DNA of 64,000 bases from Patescibacteria group bacterium (GTDB lineage: Bacteria; Patescibacteriota; Minisyncoccia; Phycocordibacterales; PALSA-1337). The first letter of the stretch is position 1. Every line of letters starts with the position of its first letter. A model generated the notes under the pieces. It was given only the letters and a program-made list of their open reading frames with translations. It was not told the DNA's origin and did no database searches. Of this stretch, positions 50,085 to 60,776 are shown piece after piece. The position numbers were made by a program, and so were the translations under genes. The DNA is taken from positions 50,647 to 114,646 of the forward strand of contig JBBTRB010000002.1 of NCBI GenBank assembly GCA_038065395.1. The letters are read 5' to 3'.

Positions 50085-50462
50085 ATGCAAAACACAATAT
50101 TTTTAGCGCAGTTTTGGGGATGGCTTCTTATTATCCTTGGCCTGCTATTCTTCTTCAAGAGAAATGGCTACTTGGCAAAAATGATCGGCCTATCAGAAGA
50201 CAAAGAGTTCACTTTGCTTTCTGGCTACCTTGCGATCGTCATCGGTCTCGCTACGGTACTTCTTCACAACCTTTGGGTCAATGACTTCCGTGTGACGATC
50301 ACCGTCCTCGGTTGGCTCACTTTGGCGAAAGGGATCCTGCGCATCGCCCTCCCTTCTGTCTCGCATGGTGTTATCCGTATCATAAAGAGCAACGTCATCT
50401 TCTTCCGTGCCATCCTCTTGGTGATGGTGATCATCGGTTTCATGCTTATACGGATGAGTTAG
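50085..50462 (+). CDS. Small integral membrane protein (4 TM)
   Basis: Hydrophobic; HNLW...ITVLGWLTLAKG. Confidence 0.8.
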   Translation: MQNTIFLAQFWGWLLIILGLLFFFKRNGYLAKMIGLSEDKEFTLLSGYLAIVIGLATVLLHNLWVNDFRVTITVLGWLTLAKGILRIALPSVSHGVIRIIKSNVIFFRAILLVMVIIGFMLIRMS

Positions 50463-50577
50463 TCGCGAATTATAAAAGATAATGAAAAACCGTGGACATG
50501 AATCCGCGGTTTTTTGTTTTCTTTACTTATCTTCACAAATCCTATATTCTCGATCCTAGACAAAACCCACTAGATCT

Positions 50578-50901
50578 ATGCAAAAGACAACAGTTGCAGG
50601 ACCTCTCAATCTTTCAGGAGAATGGATCGGCCATTATCGTGGTCACTTCGACCAAGTAGTGAAGATCACCCACCTCGGCGATGAAGTCATTGCCGTCAAA
50701 ATCACCGGTGACGACCATGTACCAGGCGGTCAGGTAACATTTTGCGCCAATGTGAAAACCGGCGTAGGCAAGGGTCAAGTATCTGAGAAGGAATTCCGAA
50801 ATGCACAGTTTGTACCAGGAAAACTCACCATCCTGAGTCCAGAACGCATTGTGTTCACCTGGCAAGAATGTGGCAAAGTCGAGTTCCGCAAAGACGACTA
50901 A
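50578..50901 (+). CDS. DUF3506/Cyclin D1-binding-like domain protein
   Basis: GEWIGHY and AVKITGDDHVPGG motifs. Confidence 0.65.
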   Translation: MQKTTVAGPLNLSGEWIGHYRGHFDQVVKITHLGDEVIAVKITGDDHVPGGQVTFCANVKTGVGKGQVSEKEFRNAQFVPGKLTILSPERIVFTWQECGKVEFRKDD

Positions 50902-50959
50902 CAACGAGATGAGGATCTCGTTTTTTTATTGATTGTTGTATAAAAAAGACCCACACCTC

Positions 50960-51830
50960 CGAAGAGTGCGGGCCTGCGTGACACAATCATCCTCATTCTC
51001 GATATTGGCAACAGTTGTGATACTCACCCCTATCCGTTAAGCCATGGCTCGCAGAGTCATCCCGAGATCCATCCGTGTACGGAACAAGGGTGCAGCCAGA
51101 ATTCACTCGGTGACACATTTAGATTTGAGTTTCCTTTTTTTCGGCTGAAGTGACTTTAATACATCAGCCTCAACCACCAAAACCCTGGAGAGCTTCAGAA
51201 CATAGAGTCACTCTCTGCAAGAGAAATTACTCCGAGTTCAATATAACTCATCCAGGCCCGATTCCGTCCAACTTTACGCGCAAGCATATGACAACTCAAT
51301 CCAAGCCCCTTCCGCCGAGTACGGATAAATGTACCCAGTGGACTATTTGTATCTTTAAGAGATCGTTCTGCCAGGAACTTACCCAGAACGCTCATGTCGA
51401 GACGAAGTACTTTGACCAATTTTTGCAACGTCTTGTAACCAACAACTTGCACATCGGACTCGAGACGTTTTGCATGATACATCCTCAGACCTACTCGAGA
51501 GATGAATTTTCCGAACGACATATTCAATGCCGTGCGTCGATCATAAACGAGCGTTCCCAGTTCTGTACGTGGACAATTGACTGGTTGCACAGGAACCCGA
51601 TCTTGCAGGTCCTGAACTGTACACTTGAGCACTTTTGCCAAACGGGCAGATTGCGGGGGTTTGAGAGACCTTTGTGATCCCATTTCCAACATCGAAATAG
51701 TATTCTGTTGAACGGAGGATAATTTTGCCAATTCAGGCTGACTCAAACCAAGCTTCAGACGACGAGTTCGAATGAAAGCCCCGAGCATTGTTTTGCTCGG
51801 AACCATGCCGACACCAATATTTCCACTCAT
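50960..51830 (-). pseudogene. Multi-XRE-HTH protein gene with a degraded 3' part
   Basis: ORF 51195-51830 has about 3 HTH repeats; a further repeat continues in another frame with two in-frame stops. Confidence 0.65.
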
Positions 51831-52069
51831 GAATTTCCTTTCTTGTAAAAATTCGTTGCGTGGGACTAAGCCCTTTGTCTAAGCCATTATTAACATGAAT
51901 TTATACTACTTGTCAAATGGTATCTGGACACATCGACCCTGTAGTAGCTTGCATTCCCCCACCAATATGGTATGATACTGTCATTACCAAGTTCGCCTGA
52001 CCGGCGGACTTGTTTGTTAGAAGAAAGGTCTTTTCTAACAATTTATACAATTCAATAACAACTACATAT

Positions 52070-53275
52070 ATGTTTGATCTTAAAGTTATAAATTCCGTCG
52101 TTCAGCAGCTCGAAGAAGAACGAGGAATCCCAAAGGAAAAAAGTCTCGAAGCTATCGCCATGTCATTGGCGACAGCCTACAAGAAAGAATATGGCAAGAA
52201 AGGCCAGATCGTCCGTGCATCATTCGACCAGAGTAGTGGTGGAGTAGAGTTTTGGCAGGTCAAGATCGTCGTCGACCGCAACCAGGTCACCATGGAAGGC
52301 GAAGAAGAGGCTACCCATGAAGAACTCAAAGACGTAGCGACCGAAGATATCAAGATTCGCTTCAACCCAGAACAACACATGCTCCTCGAAGATGCCAAGC
52401 GCATCAAGCGCGACGTCGAGATCGGTGACGAACTCGTATTCCCTCTCGAAGCCAAGAGTGACTTCGGTCGCATCGCAGCTCAGACCGCAAAGCAGGTCAT
52501 CATCCAAAAGATCCGTGAAGCAGAGAAGGTCTCTGTCATGGGTGAATACGGCCAGAAAGAAGGCGAGATCGTCTCTGGTACCGTAGAGCGCATCGAACGT
52601 GGCACTGTGTTCATCGACATGGGACGCGCCGTCGGTGTTATCCCTTACGAAGAACAGATCCCGAGCGAACGCTGGAAGACCGGTGACCGCATCCGCGCAT
52701 ATCTCTATGCCGTAGAAGAGAGTCCTCGGGGCATCATCCTCAAGCTCTCCCGTGCACACCCAAAGCTCCTTGTGAAGCTCTTCGAGACCGAAGCTCCTGA
52801 GATCGCTCAGGGCATCGTCGAGATCAAGGCTATCGCCCGCGAAGCCGGCGCACGCTCCAAGCTCGCTGTTATATCTCACGATCCACACATTGACCCGATC
52901 GGCTCTCTCGTTGGTCAGCGCGGCGTCCGCGTAGGCACCGTCACCAGCGAACTTTCTGGTGAGAAGATAGACATCATCGAGTGGAATGAGAACCCGGCTC
53001 TCTTCGTCGAAGAGGCCCTCTCACCTGCCGAAGTAGTCTCTATCGAACTCGACGAACAGGCTCATCGTGCCATCGTCACTGTCACCGAAGACGAACAGTC
53101 TCTCGCGATCGGCAAAGGTGGCCAGAACGTCCGTCTTGCAGCCAAACTCACCGGCTGGAAGATCGATATCAAGTCAGCTACTCCTGCAAAAACAGAAGAA
53201 TCTGAAGATGAAGATGAGACCGAGGAACCTACAGCAGAAAAAACCGAGGTTACTCCAGAAGAAAAGACCGCATAA
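52070..53275 (+). CDS. nusA: Transcription factor NusA
   Basis: FGRIAAQTAKQVI, AREAGARSK, GEKIDII, SLAIGKGGQNVRLAAKLTGWKIDI. Confidence 0.97.
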   Translation: MFDLKVINSVVQQLEEERGIPKEKSLEAIAMSLATAYKKEYGKKGQIVRASFDQSSGGVEFWQVKIVVDRNQVTMEGEEEATHEELKDVATEDIKIRFNPEQHMLLEDAKRIKRDVEIGDELVFPLEAKSDFGRIAAQTAKQVIIQKIREAEKVSVMGEYGQKEGEIVSGTVERIERGTVFIDMGRAVGVIPYEEQIPSERWKTGDRIRAYLYAVEESPRGIILKLSRAHPKLLVKLFETEAPEIAQGIVEIKAIAREAGARSKLAVISHDPHIDPIGSLVGQRGVRVGTVTSELSGEKIDIIEWNENPALFVEEALSPAEVVSIELDEQAHRAIVTVTEDEQSLAIGKGGQNVRLAAKLTGWKIDIKSATPAKTEESEDEDETEEPTAEKTEVTPEEKTA

Positions 53276-53390
53276 TATAGAAAAGTTTCCAAAAACAAAA
53301 GCGCCCCGATGTTATGTCAGGGCGTTTTTTGCATATCACGAGAGAGCCAGGGCAAGTAGCTTGCCTTATTATTCACAAACGAGACTAGTC

Positions 53391-53612
53391 CTAGAAATCC
53401 AAGAGATCCTTGATATGTACACCGAGAGTATCTGCGAATTTCCTGAGGTTATGGATAGTGATGTTCTTCTCACCACGCTCGATCATACCTACATAGGTGC
53501 GATGAACCTTGGCCTTATGGCCGAACTGTTCTTGCGAAACACCCATCTTCTCGCGTTCAGCACGGATCCTCTTGCCCAAAAATATAAGAAATTGTTTGTT
53601 TGAATGAGACAT
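53391..53612 (-). CDS. XRE family HTH regulator (C-protein-like)
   Basis: SQEQF...VHRTYVGMIERGEKNIT. Confidence 0.85.
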   Translation of the reverse strand: MSHSNKQFLIFLGKRIRAEREKMGVSQEQFGHKAKVHRTYVGMIERGEKNITIHNLRKFADTLGVHIKDLLDF

Positions 53613-53792
53613 ATGTGTAAATCAAGTCTACCTAGGGATGAGATTTGACTCTACATACTAAAGATAGCGTAGTCAATAGCCACCCGCACAATATCCCTGT
53701 TTTCCTTGCTTATTCGGCCTTTTTTTACTAGAATGCTCGCATCGTCACAGGTGTCTGTTTTATAAAAAGTAAGCTATATATTCGCACATATT

Positions 53793-55811
53793 ATGAATTC
53801 TTACGTTATTTTCGCTCTTATCAGTTCAGTTGCAGCTATTGCCTATGGATTCTTCTTGATCTCCTGGATCATGAAAAAGCCCGCTGGTAATGCTCGTATG
53901 CAAGAGATCGCAGCCGCTATCCAGGCTGGCGCAAAAGCATACCTCAACCGCCAGTATCGTACTATTACTATCATTGCAGTCGTTTTGTTCGTTATTCTTG
54001 GCCTCGCATTGGGATGGACTATCGCCATCGGGTTCGTGGTAGGTGCAGTTCTCTCTGCGCTGGCTGGATATATCGGCATGAACGTCTCCGTCCGTACCAA
54101 CGTCCGTACGACCGAAGCGGCACGCAACGGCCTCGCTTCTGCCCTTTCGTTGGCATTCAACGGTGGTGCAGTTACCGGACTTCTCGTAGTCGGTCTCGCC
54201 CTCCTCGGTGTTACGGTCTTTTATGCGATCACCCAGGACGTCAGCTCTCTCATCGGTCTTGCCTTCGGTTCGAGTTTGATCTCAGTTTTCGCCCGTTTGG
54301 GTGGAGGCATCTTCACCAAAGCTGCTGATGTCGGTACTGACCTTGTAGGAAAGGTTGAGGCTGGTATTCCTGAGGACGATCCTCGTAATCCTGGTGTTAT
54401 CGCCGACAACGTAGGAGACAACGTAGGAGACTGTGCAGGTATGGCAGCAGACCTCTTCGAAACATACGCCGTTACCACTATTGCGGCCATGATGCTCGGA
54501 GTCTCTACGTTCACAGACACATTCACGACTGCTACAGGGGTTGTCACCGGCACCTTCGCCAACGCCCCTCTCTATCCGCTCGCACTCGGTGGTATCGCTA
54601 TCTTTGCCTCTATCATCGGCACCTGGTTCGTCCGTCTCGGCAAGTCCCAAAACATCATGGGAGCCCTCTACAAAGGCCTGATCGCCGCTGGCGTTATCTC
54701 TGCAGTTGCGTTCTACCCTATCACCAACATGATGATGGCCAATAACGGCAAGTACAGTGTGATGAACCTCTTCTTGTGTGCTATCGTCGGACTCGTCGTG
54801 ACAGCCCTTCTGGTCTGGATCACCGAATACTTCACATCTACTGCGTATAAACCTGTTCGTTCTATCGCTCAAGCCTCACTCTCTGGTCATGGCACCAACA
54901 TCATCCAGGGTCTCGCCATATCCATGAAGTCGACCGCATGGCCACTTCTGACCATCGTTGCAGGTATCTTGGTCTCTTACAACTTCGCTGGCCTCTACGG
55001 TATCGCGATCGCCGCTATGTCGATGCTCTCTATGGCTGGTATCATCGTTGCGATCGATGCCTATGGTCCGATCACTGACAATGCAGGTGGTATCGCCGAG
55101 ATGTCCGACCTTCCGAAGGAGGTTCGTGATGTTACCGATCCGCTCGATGCAGTCGGCAACACTACCAAGGCCGTTACCAAGGGTTACGCTATCGGTTCTG
55201 CCGGTCTTGCCGCTCTGGTACTCTTCTCAGAATACACACACCTCATCCCGGGTACCCTCTTTGACCTTTCCAACCCACTCGTTATCGTTGGACTCTTCAT
55301 CGGAGGCCTCCTCCCTTACTATTTTGCAGCGCTTTCCATGGAAGCTGTGGGCAAAGCCGCTGGCAAAGTCGTCGATGAAGTCCGTCGTCAGTTCCGCGAG
55401 ATCCCAGGTATCATGCAAGGCACCGCCAAGCCTGACTATGCACGCTGTGTCGATATTGTGACTTCAGCCGCTATCAAAGAGATGATCATCCCTGCTCTCA
55501 TCCCGGTATTGACCCCGATCGTTGTCGGATTCACCTTGGGACCAGTAGCGCTCGGAGGACTTCTCGTCGGATCTATCATTACCGGGCTTTTCGTGGCTAT
55601 ATCTATGACTTCCGGTGGAGGTGCATGGGACAATGCCAAGAAATACATCGAGCTCGGCAACCATGGTGGCAAGGGCTCAGATGCTCACAAGGCCGCTGTT
55701 ACTGGTGACACTGTTGGTGATCCTTACAAGGATACCGCTGGTCCTGCGATCAACCCAATGATCAAGATCTTGAACATTGTGGCGCTTCTGATCGTGGCAT
55801 TCTTGGTATAG
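53793..55811 (+). CDS. hppA: Membrane-bound proton-translocating pyrophosphatase, K+-independent type
   Basis: [36 protein letters not shown]. Confidence 0.96.
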   Translation: MNSYVIFALISSVAAIAYGFFLISWIMKKPAGNARMQEIAAAIQAGAKAYLNRQYRTITIIAVVLFVILGLALGWTIAIGFVVGAVLSALAGYIGMNVSVRTNVRTTEAARNGLASALSLAFNGGAVTGLLVVGLALLGVTVFYAITQDVSSLIGLAFGSSLISVFARLGGGIFTKAADVGTDLVGKVEAGIPEDDPRNPGVIADNVGDNVGDCAGMAADLFETYAVTTIAAMMLGVSTFTDTFTTATGVVTGTFANAPLYPLALGGIAIFASIIGTWFVRLGKSQNIMGALYKGLIAAGVISAVAFYPITNMMMANNGKYSVMNLFLCAIVGLVVTALLVWITEYFTSTAYKPVRSIAQASLSGHGTNIIQGLAISMKSTAWPLLTIVAGILVSYNFAGLYGIAIAAMSMLSMAGIIVAIDAYGPITDNAGGIAEMSDLPKEVRDVTDPLDAVGNTTKAVTKGYAIGSAGLAALVLFSEYTHLIPGTLFDLSNPLVIVGLFIGGLLPYYFAALSMEAVGKAAGKVVDEVRRQFREIPGIMQGTAKPDYARCVDIVTSAAIKEMIIPALIPVLTPIVVGFTLGPVALGGLLVGSIITGLFVAISMTSGGGAWDNAKKYIELGNHGGKGSDAHKAAVTGDTVGDPYKDTAGPAINPMIKILNIVALLIVAFLV

Positions 55812-55995
55812 AACCTCAGAGATTTATGGGAAGGGTTCGGGATATATATCCCGAACCATCAACAAAGAATCGCCTTGACTATGTTCAAGGCGGTTTTTGT
55901 TGTACAAGACAGACGACTTATTCCCCTATGATATACTGTACGTGCTATAGATCTTCTATAGCTTTTTACTTAATTAATCATTCCTTATTCTATTT

Positions 55996-56769
55996 ATGAA
56001 AAAACTTTTAACTATTGCGCTCTGCGCCGTGATACTCTCGACTTCAACAGTCGTAGCGGCTCGCGAAGGCGAAGAAGCGGGAGTTCCTGTACGTGCCGAG
56101 GCTTCGATCCGCACACAGCTCCGTGGACCAGAAGACAAGCCGGGTATGCCTCTCGGTGGACGTCTCATGAGCTCGACTACTCGTGCCGAGATCAAAGACA
56201 TACGTGTCGAAAACCGTGAGAAAGTCGGCGATATGCGCGTCGATGCTCGAGTACAGATGAAGGGTGCCTCTTCTTCTCAAGAAAGAAAAGACATTCGTTC
56301 CGGTCTCCGCAAAGACATCTTCAAGGCTCATCAGGCACGCCTGACTGCCCAGTTGACGCTCGCCCTCGATAACCTCAAGCAGATCCGAGCTCGTATCGCA
56401 GCTCGTATCGACAAAGCAGAGGCTAGTGGCCGTACTATGACCGATGCCAAGGCTCTGCTCGTTACTGCAGATGCCAAGATCACGCTCGCGGCGCAACAGA
56501 TCGATATCCTCGCCTCGTTCACTCCGCCAGTGGCAACGTCAACTGACACTTCTGCCGCAGCTGATGCCTCTGTCGAAGTAGAGCTCGAAAAGCCTCGCCA
56601 GGTCGCAGAGAATGCAATCAAAGCCGTGAAAGATGCCCGCAAGGCATTGGTCGAAGTTACTATCGCAGTAGCCAAGAACATGGGTATCCGATGTAACACC
56701 GAAGGTGAAGCTCTCAAGTGTCAGGCAACTACAGACACAACTATTAACGCCACCACTACAACTCCTTAG
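55996..56769 (+). CDS. Secreted helical/coiled-coil hypothetical protein
   Basis: Signal peptide, long Ala-rich helices. Confidence 0.75.
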   Translation: MKKLLTIALCAVILSTSTVVAAREGEEAGVPVRAEASIRTQLRGPEDKPGMPLGGRLMSSTTRAEIKDIRVENREKVGDMRVDARVQMKGASSSQERKDIRSGLRKDIFKAHQARLTAQLTLALDNLKQIRARIAARIDKAEASGRTMTDAKALLVTADAKITLAAQQIDILASFTPPVATSTDTSAAADASVEVELEKPRQVAENAIKAVKDARKALVEVTIAVAKNMGIRCNTEGEALKCQATTDTTINATTTTP

Positions 56770-56786
56770 TATTTATTCATCCCACT

Positions 56787-57044
56787 ATGAATCCTCAACA
56801 ATCACCTGCAACAGAAACTTCCAAGACCAAGCCGATGATGATGCTCCTCACAGGCATCCTCGTCCTTATCATCGTCGTATTGTATATCTTCGCATCTCGA
56901 ACCCCATCGTCATCTCTCCCGAACGAGAACTTGACGACCGAGACCACCGAAGTCCAACCTGTCACCAATAGCTCTGACGACGTATCTTCGATCGAAGCAG
57001 ACCTCAATACTTCCATCACCGGACTCGACGAACAGAACTTCTAG
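56787..57044 (+). CDS. Small single-TM protein
   Basis: TM helix and acidic tail SDDVSSIEADL. Confidence 0.7.
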   Translation: MNPQQSPATETSKTKPMMMLLTGILVLIIVVLYIFASRTPSSSLPNENLTTETTEVQPVTNSSDDVSSIEADLNTSITGLDEQNF

Positions 57045-57295
57045 TATATTCTTCTCGAAACCGTACACGAAAGAGGGTTACGCCCTCTTTTTTGTTTCCT
57101 CTTGTCGTCTTGGTTTGATGAAAGGGCAAAATCGGAATAGTACATCTTGATGACACGGATATTTTTCTGCTGAAAAATTCCTAGTGCTCGCGCCAGTCGC
57201 GCTCGCAATGTCCTCAAAATGTACTATTCCAATTTTGCGGTGTGTACCTGAACATGTCTTGCAAATGTATGGCATATTCATGTAGACTGCTTTTC

Positions 57296-58375
57296 ATGTC
57301 AAAAAACACAAAAACCTACACCTCCGCTGAGGTAAAAAGTCTCGACGCTTCACGCATCGAGATCACCGGAACAATCGCACCCGAAGTCTGGACGAAGCAT
57401 CGTGCTGCCGCCCTCAAACATATCAATGACTCCGTCACGATCGACGGCTTCCGCAAGGGCATGATCCCCGAGAACATCCTCGTTTCCAAAGTCGGTGAAG
57501 CCGCTGTCCTCGAAGAGATGGCCGAACTCGCTATTTCGAAAGCCTACATCGATATCATCGTCGACAACACGATCGACGCCATCGGTCGCCCAGAGATCCA
57601 GGTCACCAAACTCGCCCTCGACAACCCGCTCGAGTTCACTGCAACTACTGCTGTCATGCCGAACATTCTTCTTCCTGATTACAAAAAGATTGCTACAGAA
57701 GAAATAGCAAAAACTTCTGGTGAAGAAGTTGTCGTCACCGACGTAGAAGTCGACGAGGCCATCGTACGCATCCGCAAATCTCGCGTCTCACACGAAGGTC
57801 ACGATCATGGCACCATGACTCCCGAAGAGCACGACAAGATGGTCACTGACTCTATGCCAGAGCTCACCGATGCATTCGTAAAAAGTCTCGGCAAATTCGC
57901 CGACGTTGCTGACTTCAAGAAAAAGATTTCCGAAATGGTTCTCGAGGAGAAGAAGAACGCGGCCAACGAAAAGCGTCGCATCCGTATCGCCGACGCCATC
58001 TCTCTTGCAACCAAGATCGAACTACCGACCATCATGATCGACAGCGAACTTTCTCGTACCGAAGCACAATTCAAAAGTGACATCGAACGCATGGGAGTGA
58101 CTCTCGAGGACTATCTCAAGCATGCAAAAAAGACGATCGAGGATCTCCGTACCGAGTGGCGTCCTCATGCAGAGAAGAAAGCAAAGTTGCAACTGATCCT
58201 CAACGAGATCGCCAAGATCGAAAAGCTCTCCCCTTCTGCCCAAGAGATCGAAACCGAAGTCGGTCACATCGTCGAACACTACAAAGATGCTGACCGTGAA
58301 CGTGCCACCGTCTACGCCGAAACCGTTCTCACCAACGAAAAAGTTTTTGCTTTTTTGGAAGGTACGAAGAAGTAA
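57296..58375 (+). CDS. tig: Trigger factor lacking the FKBP domain
   Basis: IDGFRKG ribosome-binding motif joined directly to PELTDAF and the C-terminal domain. Confidence 0.92.
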   Translation: MSKNTKTYTSAEVKSLDASRIEITGTIAPEVWTKHRAAALKHINDSVTIDGFRKGMIPENILVSKVGEAAVLEEMAELAISKAYIDIIVDNTIDAIGRPEIQVTKLALDNPLEFTATTAVMPNILLPDYKKIATEEIAKTSGEEVVVTDVEVDEAIVRIRKSRVSHEGHDHGTMTPEEHDKMVTDSMPELTDAFVKSLGKFADVADFKKKISEMVLEEKKNAANEKRRIRIADAISLATKIELPTIMIDSELSRTEAQFKSDIERMGVTLEDYLKHAKKTIEDLRTEWRPHAEKKAKLQLILNEIAKIEKLSPSAQEIETEVGHIVEHYKDADRERATVYAETVLTNEKVFAFLEGTKK

Positions 58376-58472
58376 GTCAGTTACATTTCATACATAAAAT
58401 ACTCTCTCGACTATGCAGCCGAGAGAGTATTTTCTTTGTGTGTGAAACATATACAAAAAACTCTCACCAGTA

Positions 58473-58673
58473 TTAGTGAGAGCGACTCCAACAACGTGCA
58501 CACATACCACCGGACTGACCTTCGTCTTTGTGAAACAGTTGATCACATTTACCGCATCTACCCTCCTCAACTCTTTGATCAAACAGAGAATTTGTAGATG
58601 GATATATTTTCACAGGAACAGGTGTAAGCGTAAGCCGCATGATCACCTGTCGAATCGTTGATATAAAACTCAT
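58473..58673 (-). CDS. Putative small zinc-ribbon protein
   Basis: CGKC...CARC; followed by a hairpin at 58397-58433. Confidence 0.45.
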   Translation of the reverse strand: MSFISTIRQVIMRLTLTPVPVKIYPSTNSLFDQRVEEGRCGKCDQLFHKDEGQSGGMCARCWSRSH

Positions 58674-58760
58674 TCTAAACTGATACTATCACTCCCTGTG
58701 ATATATGCAATGCATCGAAACATGTTTCACCACCGTCACGTCGTGTTCCCTAGTGAAACT

Positions 58761-59528
58761 TTACTTTGGAGCGAATACCACCAACGATAGGGCAGCAACA
58801 ACGGCGGTTTCTGTGCGTAGAATCTGCGAACCAAGACACTTCACTGGGATATTGTGTGTGTGAAACATCTCTATCTCCTGTGGTGACCATCCACCTTCTG
58901 GTCCTATGAAACAGGCAAGGTCAGCCTTTTGTGTCGTGTAACTTGAGAGATCTTCTCTCTTGAGTAGTTCTCCTTCGGTGTGAAACGCGATCTTCTGGAT
59001 GTTGGATGAGGTTGGTGAGGCAGGACCTTGCTGGAGCAAATCCTCCACGTCCAACAAGCCCATGATGGGATGCACCATAGGTATAGTGTCGCGACCGGAC
59101 TGTTCGCTCGCCTCAATTGCGATTTTATTCAAGCGCACAGCATTCAAAGATTTCTTCTCACTACGTTCGGCCATGACAGGGATAATATCTGTCACACCGA
59201 GTTCGGTTGCCTTTTCGACAATCCATTCGAAGGTATCTTTTTTGGTAATTGCTGCACACAAAAATAATTTCTGTTGAGTTGATGAACGACTCCGTTCCAT
59301 CGCAGTCACGCGCAGGCGTATGCTGTTGTCGCTAACTATAATACTCCCTGTATCAGAATCGTCAATCTTACATATGTAGTCAAAATGTGTTCCATTGAAG
59401 AGGATGATCGAGTCGCCTTTCTTGAGACGAAAAACTCGACGAACCTGGTGTACCAGTTCAGCCGAGTCTATCGTGAAAACATGTTCTGTATCTATTTTTT
59501 CAGTTGTGTAAAAACGATGGAGACGCAT
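58761..59528 (-). CDS. rsmE: 16S rRNA m3U1498 methyltransferase
   Basis: HQVRRVFR, EKATELGV, EASEQSGR, IGPEGG, LGSQILRTETA. Confidence 0.95.
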   Translation of the reverse strand: MRLHRFYTTEKIDTEHVFTIDSAELVHQVRRVFRLKKGDSIILFNGTHFDYICKIDDSDTGSIIVSDNSIRLRVTAMERSRSSTQQKLFLCAAITKKDTFEWIVEKATELGVTDIIPVMAERSEKKSLNAVRLNKIAIEASEQSGRDTIPMVHPIMGLLDVEDLLQQGPASPTSSNIQKIAFHTEGELLKREDLSSYTTQKADLACFIGPEGGWSPQEIEMFHTHNIPVKCLGSQILRTETAVVAALSLVVFAPK

Positions 59529-59610
59529 ATATTGCAATTGCACTATTTAACCATTCAACAATTACTCCTACACTTTAATCTTTCAATGGTTTAATTGTTC
59601 AATGGTTGAA

Positions 59611-60192
59611 TTATTTCTTCACTGCCATGACCTGGTCGACGATGCCGTACTTCTTGGCTTCATCTGCATCCATGAAGAAATCTCGATCGACATCCTTCTC
59701 AACCTTCGAGAGAGACTGTCCGGTATTCTTGGCCAACATTTTGTTGAGACTGGCACGGATCTTGAGGATGTGTTTTGCGCTGATCTCGATATCAGATGCC
59801 TGACCTTCACTACCTCCATGTGGCTGATGGATCATCACTTCAGAATTCGGCAGTGCGTATCTCTTGCCTTTGGTACCAGCAGAGAGGATGACTGCCGCCA
59901 TCGATGCTGCCATACCGACGCAGACGGTCGAGATGTCGTTCTTGATATGCTGCATGGTGTCGATGATCGCCATACCTGCATGCACCTGTCCCCCACCGGA
60001 GTTGATGTAGAGTGAGATCTCTTTCTTGGGATCTTCGGACTGTAGGAAGAGAAGCTGTGCGATCACGAGGTTCGCCACATGATCATCGATAGGACCCCCG
60101 AGGAAGACGATACCATCTCTCAAAAGGCGTGAGTATATATCGTACGCACGTTCGCCGAAACTGGATTTTTCTATAACGGTTGGGATAAGCAT
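59611..60192 (-). CDS. clpP: ATP-dependent Clp protease proteolytic subunit
   Basis: [23 protein letters not shown]. Confidence 0.97.
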   Translation of the reverse strand: MLIPTVIEKSSFGERAYDIYSRLLRDGIVFLGGPIDDHVANLVIAQLLFLQSEDPKKEISLYINSGGGQVHAGMAIIDTMQHIKNDISTVCVGMAASMAAVILSAGTKGKRYALPNSEVMIHQPHGGSEGQASDIEISAKHILKIRASLNKMLAKNTGQSLSKVEKDVDRDFFMDADEAKKYGIVDQVMAVKK

Positions 60193-60200
60193 ATTATTTG

Positions 60201-60229
60201 TGTCATCCCCGCGCAGGCGGGGATCTGCG
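60201..60229. repeat. REP-like palindrome, family A
   Basis: TGTCATCCCCGCGCAGGCGGGGATCTGCG. Confidence 0.75.
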
Positions 60230-60344
60230 GTCTGGATAATTAAAATAAAAAGGTGAAGCTACGTGCTGAATATAACATGAATGCACACCTCTAGTAATTG
60301 ACACAATATATACTATATGGTACTTTTTTGCAAGAGGTTTATAT

Positions 60345-60722
60345 ATGGAACGTCCAATTCGAAAAGCTAGCAGCAGTAATGATAGTCCTACAAACAATTC
60401 GGAGAGTGCTAGAGTTTTTTATGGAATACAAGCAAAACTCAAGCTTCATAAAAGAGGTACTCACGAAAGCAGAGAAGCTCGGCGTAGAGAAGCCTTGAGG
60501 CTTGAACATCTCGAATACTTGAAGTTGATAAGTAACGAGAGGTGCGACACGAGCCAGGAACACCCTTTTGTACTCATCAACTACCGCAATGGAAACAAGA
60601 GGATTCTGTATCAGATGTTAACTCATCAGCAAACTCGGGAGAGAAATAAATTCCTAGCTGGTACGGGAAAAGCTTGGGCAAAGATAGATCCAAGCAAATT
60701 CCCGAAGCATGCACTCAGATAG
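60345..60722 (+). CDS. Basic hypothetical protein
   Basis: TTGACA-N17-TACTTT promoter, GAGG SD site, terminator after the stop. Confidence 0.55.
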   Translation: MERPIRKASSSNDSPTNNSESARVFYGIQAKLKLHKRGTHESREARRREALRLEHLEYLKLISNERCDTSQEHPFVLINYRNGNKRILYQMLTHQQTRERNKFLAGTGKAWAKIDPSKFPKHALR

Positions 60723-60776
60723 GGTTCCTCCGCCCTCAAACGACCACTCACCTGGTCGCTTTTTTATATGAATACA

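Noticed and set aside
53391-53612. Restriction-modification system suggested by the C-protein-like HTH
   Set aside because: No methylase or endonuclease gene adjacent
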